NCBI RefSeq assembly: GCF_009914755.1
Contig: NC_060930.1
Strand: one strand, 5' to 3'
Source of the DNA: the human T2T-CHM13v2.0 reference genome, Homo sapiens
DNA length: 64,000 bases
In this document: in pieces, positions 1 to 12,982 of the stretch
How the letters are laid out: the number at the start of each line of letters is the position of its first letter
How positions within the stretch are numbered: position 1 is the first letter of the stretch
The notes under the pieces: generated by a model
What the model was told of the DNA's origin: nothing
The model's database searches: none
The model's input: only the letters and a program-made list of their open reading frames with translations
Made by a program: the position numbers and the translations under genes

Positions 1-870
1 CTAATTAGCAATTCGACTAACCTTTTTTCAAGGTTCTTATCTTCCTAGCATTTGTTAGAACATGCTCCTTTAGCTCGGAGTTGTTTGTTATTATTCACCT
101 TCTGAAGGCTACTTCTGTTAGTTCGTGAAACTCATTTTCTGTCCAGTTTTGTTCCATTGCTGGCGAGGAGTTGTGATCATTTGGAGGAGGAGAGGCGTTC
201 TTGTTTTTGGAATTTTCAGGCTTTGCGCACTGGTTTTTTCCTATCTTTGTGGATTTATCCACCTTTGGTCTTTAATGTTGGTGACCTTCAGATGGGGTCT
301 TTGAGGGGACGTGCTAATCCTTTCTGTTTGTTTCTTTTCCTTCTAACCATCAGGCCCCTCTGCTGCCAGTCTGCTGGAGTTTGCCGGTGGTCCACTCCCA
401 ACCCTGTTTACCTGGGTATCACCAGCGGAGGCTGCAGAGCAGCTAAGATTGCTGCCTGTTCCTTCCTCTGGAAGCTTTGACCCAGTGGGGCACCTGCCAG
501 ATGCCAGCCAGAGCTCTCCTGTATGAGGTGTCTGTCGGCCCCTACTGGGAGGTGTCTCCCAGTCAGTATACGTGGGTGTCAGGCACCCACTTGAGGAGGC
601 AGTCTGACCCTTAGCAGAGCTCGAATGCTGTGCTGGGAGGTCTGCTGCCCTCTTCAGAGCCATCAGGCGGGGACATTTAAGTCTGCTATAAGCCCCTGAT
701 TGGGGCTGCTGCCCTGTTTACCAACATGCCCTGACCAGAGAGGAGAAATCTGGCAGTCTGGCCATAGCAGCCTTGCTGAGCTGCAGTGGGCTCCGCCCAG
801 TTCCAACTTCCCAGCAGTTTTGTTTACACTGTGACCTTAAAACCATTTCCTCAAGCCTCAGCAACGGCAG
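1..870 (-). mobile_element. L1 (L1PA-type) 5'UTR and ORF1 start
   Basis: Typical antisense L1PA 5'UTR sequence (CCTGGGTATCACCAGCGGAGGCTGCAGA...). Confidence 0.8.
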
Positions 871-1115
871 AGGTCCTTCCAGATGAGTTTTATAATAGAC
901 TCCAGCAGTCCTACTGGGGCCAAGACCTCAAGGAAAGCCAAGTCTATCATTGGGAAAAGTCTTAGGGCTCTAAGTTTTGAATTCTGAAAATTTTTCTTAG
1001 AACAAAATTTTGTGTCATTTTCAAATAAAGCACAAGTTTTCCTCATAAAACTTAGTATCTGTAGACCCCCTTCCCACCTCACTTTTACAGCTGTCCCATT
1101 TGATCATCAGACCCT

Positions 1116-1450
1116 GCTACCTTAGCCAGTTCAGGCTGCTACAACAGAATAGACAAGGTGGCTGAAACACCAAGCATTTATTTCTTACCTTCCTGGAAGA
1201 TGGGAAGTCCAAGATCAAGGTGTCAGCAGGTCCGGTATCTGGCGAGGGCCCTCTCTTCCTCACCAGATGGCTGTCTTCCTGTTGTATCCTCACACAGTGG
1301 AGAGCAGAGACAGACAGCAAGCTCTCCTATCACTTCTTAATCCCACATGGCTCCACTCACATGAGTTATGACTTCCTAAATAGCATCACCTTGAGAATTA
1401 GGATTTCTGCATATGAATTTGGAAGGCAGGCAAACATGCGGCCTGTAACA
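1116..1450. mobile_element. MaLR LTR (MLT1A-like)
   Basis: GGAAGTCCAAGATCAAGGTGTCAGCAG motif and MLT1-type ends. Confidence 0.7.
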
Positions 1451-1971
1451 CCACCCATATCCGTTCCACATCTAGGTTCCCTCTGTGTGCCGGGCAGTAT
1501 GCCAGTTAATTCAAGTGCATGTCAGACCCAGAGGGTGACATCCTGTGACTCAGATGCTAGGGCCCTCATGATGCCTGGTAAGGTAAGTGGGTCTTTACCA
1601 CTGTCCTTTCTTAACTAGATGGAACAGACTTCAAAGAAAGTAACCATGGACTATCGGCAGGGCTCTATCTCTGGGGCTGGGGGATAAGGGGTTGTCTGCT
1701 CAGAGGACAGTGGGTCAAGCGTTTGAAGGAGCCGAGGAATGCACATTTTTTACATGTCCCCTATGTGGTTCTCTGTCTGCTAAGGTTAAAGAACCTCAAT
1801 TTTGAGGGTGCACTTCCACCTCTTGGTCTGGAGAAGGGGTCTCAAATCTGTCCTGAGTGGAGCCTGTTCTGTACACATCCAGGCCCTGAGAGTACACAGA
1901 GAGGAACTCACTGCTACCGCCCTGCCAATACTGCTGCTGTGGGGACACCAGCGGGGGTGGGCCAAGAACAG

Positions 1972-2045
1972 AGTGTATGTGTGTGTTTGTGTGTGTGTGT
2001 GTGTGTGTGCATGGGTGTTTGTGTGTGTGTGCGTGCATATGTGTG
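1972..2045. repeat. (TG)n microsatellite
   Basis: Imperfect TG run. Confidence 0.9.
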
Positions 2046-2367
2046 ATATGACCACTGAGTAGCTCCTTAGCAGGGCCAATATTTTCTACAAGTCTGATGA
2101 CTCACAGGAAGGAGCACACCAGGCCTATACTTGGGTCCTGACATCTGGGATGCCAACCTAACACTGAAGAAAAAGAAAGAGCTGCAGACAGGCTGGGAAA
2201 AATATACAGAAAGGGGAAAGGGGCCCTTCCACCTTTGTTGCCCTCTGTGGTCCTGAATCTCAGCTTGGCCTGAGCCAACCTGAAGATGGGAAGGAATAGC
2301 CATTTTCCAACTGCAAAATGTCAGCTTCAGGCAATGGTTTCAAAACTGAAGTAATGGTTACATATGA

Positions 2368-2693
<326 letters not shown>

Positions 2694-4389
2694 TGAAGTA
2701 AGAAGCGGGTGATAAGGAAAGTGAAACCAATAATTTCACATAGTCCCTGGAAGCCCGTTGCTATAAAGAACTTTCAGCCTGAAGTCCAAAGAGAGACGAA
2801 AATTTTAAAATGAATTGGACTGCAGTTTTCAATCCCTGAAAATGAGTCACAGCCTTTTTGTGGCAGTGTGCCCTGGGCTTCTAACCGTCCTCTCCCTGCC
2901 CCAGCTGCCTTGAGGTCCCGGCCAATGGTTTCAACACTCAGGCTAGGAATGCCAAGGCCCGGCAGAGCGAGGCTGTGGAAGCCTTGGCATAAGCGGAAGG
3001 GAGGATCTGAGGGAGAATGGGACAAGAGAAGTCGGAAAGAAGGAGTTAGGGCAGGAGAACAAGGAGAAATCCCTGTCCCCCAAATTGGAGAGAGGGGCGA
3101 TTGGGACTCCAGACTGGAAGGAGGCACGGATCCCTGAGTGCTTGGTGTGGAGGCAGAGGACCCGCAGAGCCACCCCGTCCTCCCTGCCTTATCCAGCGTC
3201 CCCGCCGCCACACCCCCAGCATCTCCCCCAACCCCACTTTTACTTCATTATCTGCCCCTGGTTCTCTCACCACTCGAGCCCCTGCTTTCCTCCTTCACTC
3301 CCAAACATGCACACGTTCCCTCTGCACGGGTGTTTGGAACACCAGCCATCCCCCACCCCCTACCTTGTGCCAGCAGGAGATGTTTGTCCTTCTGCCGTCT
3401 CTAGGATGGAGAGGCCTGAGGTGACTGCTTCCTCAGAGTCTCTGTGCAAACTCTCTGAGGAGCAGAAACCAGTTCAGTCTCTCTGGGTGTGGAGAGGCCG
3501 GCCTAGCAGAACACCCGTCCACCATGCAAACCGGGTGGGGCCACCTGTCAACTGTCACGTGTGAGTGATTCTAGGACAGGGTAACTCGTCCAGAATTGGA
3601 TCCAATTCAGTACTGGATTCACCATCAGTAGAAGGACCAAGACCAGACTCAAGTCCCAGCCACGAAATTCTAGAAAGGATTTAATGTAATTTTAGCAGTT
3701 GTTGGAGACCAGCATGTGATGGCATACATATGTTTTCCTTGATATGTAGGTGGGGGCCCCCACCTTTTTTCAGGGTTTAGGCTTCTGCAGGTCCTGGCAT
3801 AGCTGTGACAGCGGCCCTACCTCATTTCTGGTGAGTGCTGGCTCCCTCTATTGCTTGGTTTCTGTGCAAACACTGCATTATCGTCCTGCCCTCTTGAGAC
3901 CTGGAGCTCCTGCCCCCTGAGCTCGTGTTCGCACTGTGTGTCACTGAACCTCGCTGTTTTCTTCTTGCAACTCCATTCCCCTCTGCAACTGGAAGACCAG
4001 CACTTCTCCTGAGTCTTCCTTAAAAGACACCCTGCCCACTTCCTTACAAAGCCCCCACCAAAGTGACACCAGCTACTTGTGAATGTAGCCAACTTTACTG
4101 AAGATTTAGAGGTTATGTTATAAGGCTGTGAATAATTTTAAAAAAAAATCACCTATTTGCTCGACCTCTTTCTTATCTCTTCTTTGGACTAGAAATAAAA
4201 TATCTATGATTTGACCACACTGTCATCTAGTACTCGACCCTGGTTCTAGGCCACCGTCCTCCTGGCCAGGGTGATTGCAGTGCTGCCCTACTTGGTTCTC
4301 CGTGCCTGTCCCCACCTCCCAAATGGCTACAGCGCAGCCAGAGTGATCTTCAGAACCTCATCACTCACGCCCCCCTCTGCTCCAATTCT

Positions 4390-5655
4390 CCAAAAGTGCC
4401 CTTTTTCTCTCAGTAAAACCAAAGTCACTACAGATGCCTAGAGAGCCCTGCACAGTCTGGCCAGCTGTCCATTATGCCCCCTCACTCGCTCAGTTCCGAC
4501 CTCCACCCTCGGCCTCCTTGCTGGTCTTCAGAGCCCTGCAGATGTCCCCGTGCCTTGGGACTTTGCATTGCCCTCCCTTCAGCATGGACTGCCCTTCAGG
4601 CATCTGCCCGGCTCACTCCCACTCCTGCTCCCAGGTGGCACACCCTTCCACGCCTGGTTCTCCCTGCCCCTCGCATTTGGAACCCTTGTATTTCTTTCTT
4701 TCTTTCTTTTTTTAAAATTGTGGTATGATTCATGTAACGTGATTTTTCATCTTAACCACTGTTAAATGTAAAGGCCTCTATTTCATAATGGGAGACCTCT
4801 GCCTGCCCAGGCCATCCTGGACCTTCTTCACCTGAACTTGTTCCCCTAAAGCAATGACCACTTTAAAACATACCTTAGTAAGCCGCGCACAGTGGCTTAC
4901 ACCTGTAATCCCAGCATTTTGGGAGGTCAGGGAGGCTGGATCACCTGAGGTTGAGTTTGAGACCAGCCTGGCCAACATGTTGAAACCCTGTCTCTACTAA
5001 AAATAAGAGAATTAGCTGGGTGTGGTGGCCAGTGCCTGTAATCCCATCTACTCAGCTTATTGAGTCAGGAGAATCACTTGAAGCCAGGAGGCGGAGGTTG
5101 CAGTGAGCCGAGATCACGCCACTGCTTTGCAGCCTGGGCAACAGAATGAGACTCTATCCCTATAAACAAACAATCAAACAAACCTTATTAACTTTTAATT
5201 GTGGTTGCAACAAATTACTGCAAATTTAGTGCCTTAAAACAACATACATTCATTCTTTTACCATTCTGGAGCTCAGAAGTCTGAATAGTCTCACGGAGCT
5301 ATCATCACTGTGCTGTCAGGGCTGTGTTCCTTTGGGAGGCTCTCGGGGAGAACCTGTCTCCTCCTTGCCTTTTCCAGCTGCTCAACTGCCCACGTCCATG
5401 GCTCAGGACCCCATTTCCTCATCTTCAAAGGCAGCTCCACCAGGCTGAGTCCTGGTTTACATGAGAACACTACCCCTCCATGGCTGGTTTTCCCAGGGCA
5501 GCTGATTAGCCACCTCAGCTCCATCCACAGCTTTCACCGCCCTTTCCATGTACCCCAACACAGAGGTTCCAGGGACTGGATCTGCCATCCTGAGGATTGG
5601 AGAGGGAATTCTTCTGCCCAACACACATACCATATAATTTACATATCTATCCATT
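4390..5655 (+). repeat. Left arm of an older local inverted duplication (L2 + unique sequence + MLT1); partner is 8700-9370 plus 12628-12980
   Basis: Reverse-complement similarity includes non-repeat sequence (4780-4870 vs 9250-9345); mirrored ORF text 5457..5654(-) vs 8642..8920(+). Confidence 0.8.
4881..5183 (+). mobile_element. Alu (S-like)
   Basis: Alu dimer flanked by ACCTTAGTA/ACCTTATTA; absent from the inverted partner arm. Confidence 0.9.
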
Positions 5656-7256
5656 TAAAATTTCTATCTCTTACTAGAATGCCATTTCTGTGAAGACAAA
5701 AACCTCATACAAGGCACAGAAAACAGCTCCCCAGGGGTGAAGGGGCTCAGATGGGCCCCCTGGCTCAGGGAACAAGGAGAGGTGTCAGGGCAGCCTCCCT
5801 GGGTCTCCAGCCTTCACAGCCGGTGCCTCCCAGGCAGGTTCCAGCCACAGCAGCAGCAAAAGAGATGTGGTGGGCAGCATCAGGCATTGGCGAGATTCCT
5901 GACACAGTTCAGTCGAAAAGAAACTTCCTAAACTGAGCTCACCTCAAGGAAGCTGGAGATAAATGCCACCTTACCCAATGGGTACATGAAATACAAATAC
6001 AAATCCTTTTCCAGGTTGTGCAGGTTACAACTGGCCCAATTCTATGCCTGGTCCCCTGCCCTGTCCTGCTGTGACTTGCCAGGGTGGGGTGCTCATTGGC
6101 CTCCAGGCTCCACTCACTTTTCTGACCGCACCCAGTTTCCACCTCCAAGTCACCCCCCAGACTGCTTCTCCTTTTGCTGTTTTTTCTCAGCCCAGCAGAA
6201 ATTCTAATATTCGCCAGGCTTGGCCCTGCTCAGGGCACCGGAGAAGGAGCCTCTGAGGAAAATCTTGGCACAAGGAGCAGCTCTCCCACCTGGATTTCCA
6301 GCACCCTCTGTTTTCTGGGAACTCCTGAATTTCTCTGGCCATTGGCACAGGGGCTCTGCCACGCAGTTCCCCTGGCGGCTGGCCCCTGACATCTGGCAAA
6401 GAGTTAGGAATGCAGGTGTTTCTGGCAAATATGTAGGGCCTATGAGATAAGAAAGTGGGGGAAGCAAGATCACGTAGGTTCTCTGTGAGAGAGGCCGCAT
6501 GCCCAGCAGGACAGAACATCCCTGGCTGACAAGGGCCATCTTCCCCTGTCCTTATCTCTGCCTGGGCTCCAGCTCCGTCCTGCCTGACAGAGGCCGTGGA
6601 GCAGAGCACTGGGCTGCTGGTCAATGTCCTGGTCTTTAGATAGACCAGTCTCCGGATGGGGTCACAGTGGGAGAGCAGTGGGCCTGGGAGGTGCAGGGTT
6701 AGTGCAGGGCAGGGCTGCCTTGAATCTGCAGGTGCGGGGCCACCAGGCTGGACCTATCTGTATGCTCAGCACAGGAGGTTGCAGTATTGCCTGCCCTCAA
6801 CCTCCTTTTCCTATTTCTGCTGCTAGAGGGCACTGGGGACTGGGGTCAGGCTGGGGGTCTTGCCATCCCCTCCTGATCTCCTCCACTCCCTGTCCACAGC
6901 TCCTGATTTCCCTGCCTGGGCTGCCCCCACCAGAAGTCTCCAGGCCTAAAATCCAGTAGGAACAGGCAGCCTAGCCTGTCCCCAGGGGTTTCTTTAGCAC
7001 TTGCAGGAGTCAATAAGGCTTCAGGTAGGAAGGCCTGATGCCTTCCTCATCCACAGACGCCTAACAGGTGTTTCTGGAAATGTATCCTGTGGCAGCCAAA
7101 GAGGCTGGACTCCTCAGTGTGTTTCCAAACAGAGCCAAACACAGAGTTCATCGGTTGGAGGAGCCCAATCAGCTGCTCATTAGTGTGCCTTTGACAAGCC
7201 TTTGTACGGCGGGGAGGAAAAATGATTTTCATGAAAAAAACAAACAAACAGGAGTT

Positions 7257-7259
<3 letters not shown>

Positions 7260-7310
<51 letters not shown>

Positions 7311-7323
7311 GTATCTATCTATC
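7260..7323. repeat. (ATCT)n tetranucleotide STR
   Basis: Near-perfect ATCT array. Confidence 0.95.
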
Positions 7324-7609
7324 GTCTCTTGTATATACACAGGAAACACCTGGAGAAAACAAGTAATCCTTAAAGTGCTGGCTTAGAGCTCCAGCATCTT
7401 CAACAGAAAACAATAAACGTCTAGAGAAGTGGCAGATCATGGGAAGGCCAATCTATGGCATCAGAGAAGCTTGTGGTGCCTCTGCTGCTGTCCCTAGGCC
7501 TGACAAGAGTCTGAAATTGTCTTTGGTGATCAACCTTTGTCCTTTCTGGTAGAGAAGGGAGGATACAATCAAAAGTGGCTCAATAATAACTGGAAAATAA
7601 ATGGAAAAG

Positions 7610-8660
7610 AAAGATGTTCATTTCATCCAGGTTCTTGAATTCATTGACATACGGTTGTACATAGTATTCCCTTATAATCCTTTTTGTTTCTGTAAAGTTG
7701 GTAGGGATGTTTCTTCTTTCATTCCTGGTATTAGTCATTTGAGTTTTATCCCTCCACCATTTACCTAGTCATTCTAGGTTAAGGTTTGACAATTTGGTTG
7801 ATCTTTTCAAAGAACCAACTTTTGGTTTTATTGAGTTTGCCAATGTTTTTCTATTCTTTATTTCATTTATTTACACTCCAATTTTTATTTCCTTCCATTT
7901 GTTATTTGGGGCTTAGGTCGCTTTGCTCTTTGAGTTTCTTAAAGTGAAATATCAAGTTATTAATTTGACATAATCCTTTCTTTGTCCTGTTCTTTCTCAG
8001 TATACTGGCATTTACAGCAGTAAGTTTTCCTTTAAGTGCTGCTTTATCTGCTTCTTATAAATCATAGTATGCTGTGTATTTGTTTCCATTCATCTCAAAG
8101 TATTTTCTAATTTTCCTTGTGAGTTTCCCTTTCGTTGATTGGTTCTTAGAATGTTTATAAAATTGTTTGTCTTAAAGATGATTCTGCCTGATATTATTAA
8201 TAGCAATTTCAGTTGTCTTTGTTTACTATGGATGTGTTTTATCTTTTCCATATGTCTACTTTTAAACTACTTGTATCTTGGGATCTACATTGTATCTTTA
8301 GATCATTTTTTAAATGCATTCTGAGAATCTTTGCTTTTTCTTTTGAATGTTTATCACTTTGACATGTAAGGGAATTACTGCTAAGGTGGAACAGAATTTA
8401 CGTCTGCCACCTTTTTCTTAGTTTTCCATATGCACTATGTCATTTTCTTCATCTTTTCCACCACTATTGCTTTGTTTTGTGTTAAACAGATATTTTCTAC
8501 TGCATCATTTTACTTCCTTTATTGTCTCTTTTTCATTTTTTATTTAAAAAAGTTATTTTGTTAGTCATTTCAGGGGATTCCAATTAATATCTTAATTTAC
8601 CACAACCTAGATCATATTAAAACCAACTTAATTTTAACAGGATGCAAAATCTCTGCTCCA
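7610..8660 (-). mobile_element. Old L1 (L1M-type) fragment
   Basis: T-rich antisense ORF2-like sequence (ATCTTTTCAAAGAACCAACTTTTGG). Confidence 0.65.
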
Positions 8661-8779
8661 ATATTGCTCTGCTTCTTCCCCCATCTTTGTGGTATAAAAA
8701 TGATATATACATAAATTATATGGCATGTGTTTTGCAAAGAATAATCACCTGCCACCCCCACCCACTCCCGCCAATCCCA

Positions 8780-9250
8780 GAGGATGCCGGTGTGAATCCC
8801 TGGAACCCCCCACTGGGTTATATGGAAAAGGGAGTGAAGGCTACAGATGGAGTTGAGGTTGCTCATCATCTGCCCCGGAAACGGGGTGATTTTCTGGATT
8901 TCCCTGGGGTTCCAATGTAATCACAGGATCTTTATAGAGGAAGAGGCAGACGGAAGAGGGAGAACCAGATGAGGGGCACAGTGAGGACTTAATCTGATGG
9001 AACTGCCTTTGAAGATGGGGAAATGGGCCCTGAGCCATGGATGTGGGCAGTTGGAGAAGCTGGAAAAGGGGAGAAGGAGACAGGTTCTCCCCGAGAGTCT
9101 CCTGAAATAACAGCCCTGACAACACAGTGATGTTAGCCCATTGAGATCCATTCCAACTTCAGATCTCTAGAATGGTAAGAGAACAAATTTGTGTTATTTT
9201 AAGCCACTAAATTTGTAATTTCTTACAATAGCAATCAAAAGCTAACACTG
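8780..9250. mobile_element. MLT1 (C/D-like) MaLR LTR; inverted paralog at ~5195-5590
   Basis: TTTAAGCCACTAAATTTG and CTGGAAAAGG...TTCTCCCC MLT1 motifs. Confidence 0.7.
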
Positions 9251-9377
9251 TCTGTTTTAAAGTGGTCATTGCTTTAGGAGGAAAAAGTTCAGGTTAAGAA
9301 GGTTCAGGATTGCCTGAGCAGGCACAGATACTGCCATTTTAAATAGATGCCTGTACATTTGAAAACGGTTGAAATGG

Positions 9378-12300
9378 CTCCTGGCTGTGGCAGGGCAGCA
9401 GGCTGGGGCCATGGCAGGCCAAGTGCAGGCCCAAATCAGACTGCAGGAGCTTCACATACACTCTGGGCAGGCACCTGCCTCTCAGTAGCTCACTGAGAGA
9501 TGAGGGCACCCAGCAGGGGTCCCCAAGGGAAGGCACAAAGAGGGAGCCAGCCTGAGATTAAGGGGCTGTGAAAACAATGCTTTTCCAGAAGTCCTAGCTG
9601 GTTACCTTCACAGCTGCTTGCAAAACAGAGAAATTCTACATCCACTCACAGCAGCCATGTCCACAGGGTGCTCCAGACGGCCAGGAAGTTAAAGTCACGC
9701 CACCTGGCTGTGGAGATCAATGAGGCTGAAGTGCAACAGGAGCAGCAGGAATCCCTCCTGGGAGATCTCCAGGATGACATTCCCCCAGGTGACAGCCTAC
9801 CAGGCCCGTGGAAAGCCCTGGCTAGTAACCTCACAGCTGCAGTGTGGCAAATCAAACAGAGCTGGAGTTGTCTGGTAGATCCTTGGAGCAGGTGCTGCTG
9901 CCCCACATGGACACCTTCCTGCAAGTGCATTTCGGCCCCATCTGAAAGAGCTTAAAGGAAAGCTTGCATGGCTTTTCCCCGGACATAACAAATCTGTTTC
10001 TTGATGTGGAGGCCAACACCAGGCCATCACGATGGTCCAGGATAGTGCTGTGGCCAGGGCTGACTGCCAGGAGCTTGGTGGTAAATTTGAAGCCAAGATC
10101 CAGGAAAATGCTCAGAGAGTGGGCCAGCTGTGAAAGGATGTGGAGGACTGACGGCATGCTCGGTGCTCTTCCCTGTACACTCCCTCTCTGAGGTCCAGGC
10201 TGATGTGGACACCAAATTGAAGAGACCAAACCCAGGAGGCCCCAAGGACTAATGGCAGCTGCGTGGTGATGACGGCAGGGGCTGGGGCAAGGCCTGAACT
10301 GGAGAGCCTGCAGGCCAGGCTGGCCAACTGCAGAGGAACCTCTGGGTGCTGCACATGGACTCAGCCTGCAGGGAGGAGGAATTGCAAAACACCCCTCAGG
10401 GATATGAGGGCTACCCTGACCCGGCACGTGGATGAGATGAAGGAGCTGTGCTCCGAATTGGACGAGACCTTCCATCAGATCAGCAAAATGGAGCCAGAGA
10501 TGGAGGTGAACCACAGGGCGCTCTGTGAGCTGTGTGTGGTCCTGATGAAGCCTTTAATTATGGAGGCAAACAAGGTGGAGGTGGAGTAGCAGCTCCTGGA
10601 GCTCAGCCTCACCCTGCAGCACCTGTGGGGCGACCACACTGACCTCATCAAGTATGTCAAGGAGGCAGCTGCCACAAGCTCTACTTTCACTTGGAGGCTG
10701 TCCGGGAGTGCCACGGGGACACCACGCACCCTGAAGGAGACCCAGGGGAGCCTGGATGGCGGCGCCAGCTGCACAGCTCCTAGGCTGCCCTGATGGAGGC
10801 CTGCTGGCCTCCCTCTCTGGGGAGGAGGTGATGGAGGAGAGGTCAAAGGAGGCGCACGGCCAGCTTCCCCTGCCCGTGAGCAGATCTGCCTGGCCCTGAA
10901 GGAGCAGGTGCTCGGTTGGGACTCGCTGGCTACCCGGGTGGCAGCCCTGGAGCAGGCCACGAGTGGGCCGTGGCTTGGAGCCCCCATGGCCGGCAGAGCA
11001 CTTGGAGCTGGCGACCACTTGGGCCCAGAAGAAGCTGTGTGAAGCCCTGGCTGGGCTGGCTCAGGAGCTCCAGCTCCTGAGATCTGACTTCAGTGGCTCG
11101 GGTGGTGCTGCAAGGCTGCCCAGCCACCTCTCTCACCTGCCTCGGGGCCTCCATGGTCCGCCTCCGAGTGCAGCTTGGACTGCACCAGCTGCTCCTCCTT
11201 GGAAACTTCCAAGAGCTGGTGACAGCAGTGTCAGCCTAAATCTGGGGAAGCTGGAAACCGTGCCCAGCAGGAAAAGGAAGCAGAAGCAGAAAGGCCCAGA
11301 AGTTCCCCGGAAGAGGGACAGGAAAGAAGCTGAGCCTTTGCCAGACACACACATCAAAGGGCCAGTGCCAGATGCCTTGAACACTGAGCTCTGGCAGGCA
11401 GGCTCCCCTGTGGCCTTCTATGCCAGTTTCTCAGAAAGGACAGCTGCCCTGCAGACATGGAAGTTCAACACTAGCTACATCGACACTGACAGCAGCAACT
11501 TCCCTGAACATGGCTACTACCAAGCCGGAGTTTGGTGTCTCATTTGCAGTGAGCATTGAATTTGGCCCAGGGCCAGGAACCAGGCACCTGGTGTTTGGAG
11601 GGCTCCATCAGGGACCCTGGGCGGGAAGCACAGCAGCCACCTTTGCCATGGCTGAGCTGCGAAAGGGTGAGAGAGTGTGGTTGGAGTTAACCCAGGCATT
11701 GGTAACAAACAGAAACCAGCGAGGCACTGCATTTGGGGGCTTCCTGATGTTCAAGACATGAACCCTGGGCCCAGCTCTGATTGGACATCATGGACTTGCC
11801 CAGCTCTCCTTGGTCTAGGGCTCTGGCCAAGGATGGTCTGCAGATCATCCTGTTGGTCTATCTCTTCCCTGGACAGCTTCTGCGAGAGAGTGTGGTGTAC
11901 GTGGTCTCTGTCTAGCGCACTGGGTTTGGCTATTTCTCAATGACAAGGGGGACTGGACTACTTCTCTGGGTGGGACCTGGTTCTGAGCTTGGTATGCCTT
12001 CTCAGACAGCACAGGCTGGACTCCAGCCCTTTGCCATACTGTGTATTCTACAGCTGCTTTGGTGGCGTGCTCCTCTTGTGGATGGAAGCTTCTGTGCAGC
12101 ACTTTAACTCTTTCTCCTGCTTCCTATTCTCTTCTCCCTAATTGTTGGCTACAAAGTCATCTTTCCCAGAAGGAGTCTCTAAGATGGAGGTGACATTTGG
12201 ACAGTATTGGAAAGCAGTCTCCAACCACTAGAGGACAGTGGAATAAAGCCAACCTGTTTGGTCTCTGTCAGCCAGAAATGGAGAAGAAAACCTGGTTGAG

Positions 12301-12627
12301 TCAACAAGAGAAAGAAAATTAGTATCTTTCGTTTCAGTTATTCCTTGTATTTATCTGTAATTTTAATTTCATATCTTTCTCTCCTTGCCATACACAGAGC
12401 AAAGGCCCAAACATGCCAAATGTGAACCAAAATGTATATGGCCTTCACCATTTTTACTTCCTCCAGTATCTTTGGGCCATCTGAATTCTTGCTAGCATGT
12501 CTAACCAGGAGGCAGCTGAGGAAGGAGTGAAGGAGGACTGTAAAAATACCTCTCAATAATGATCAACCTTGGGGTAAAGCGATGCCCATAGATAGAGAGA
12601 TAGATAAACAGATATAGATATATATGT
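9378..12627 (+). pseudogene. Processed pseudogene of multimerin-2 (MMRN2)
   Basis: Intronless frameshifted fragments match MMRN2 (CKTEKF.IHSQQPC, EVQQEQQE.LLGDLQ, DMRATLTRHVDE, C1q-domain GSPVAFYASFSE...GTAFGGFLMFKT* ending at 11761); degenerate flanking direct repeats at 9367-9377 and 12628-12638; similarity is clear from ~9590, weak before that. Confidence 0.9.
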
Positions 12628-12982
12628 GGTTAAGATGGAACATTTTGTGTTACATCAATTATATCAAAATTTAAAAATTAAACAAAGAAAATAATAAAAG
12701 GATTCCAAAGTGGGAGGGTGGTGGCAGCAGGTGTGGAAGGGTGTATCACTTAGGAACAGGTGTGGAAGTGAGCTGGGTAGACTTCTGAGGGAAGAACAGT
12801 CCAGGCCCAGGGGAGGGTGATGCAAAGGCCCTGAGGCAGGGGAACAGGCCCTGAGAACCAGCAAGGATGCCAGGGATAGGAGATGAACGAGCAAGGACAG
12901 AGTCAGGGACAGCTGTGCAGGGCTCCCTAGGCCTCTGCAGTGGCTTTGGTTTTACTGAGAGGAAAAGGGTGCGTTTGGAGGG

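Noticed and set aside
3364-3450. Possible upstream non-coding exon of neighbouring RAET1E (minus-strand donor at 3363)
   Set aside because: Rests only on recalled gene order and one moderate donor; not supportable from sequence
6187-6624. Minus-strand ORFs considered as a degenerate RAET1 exon
   Set aside because: No convincing match to alpha1/alpha2 motifs or exon lengths
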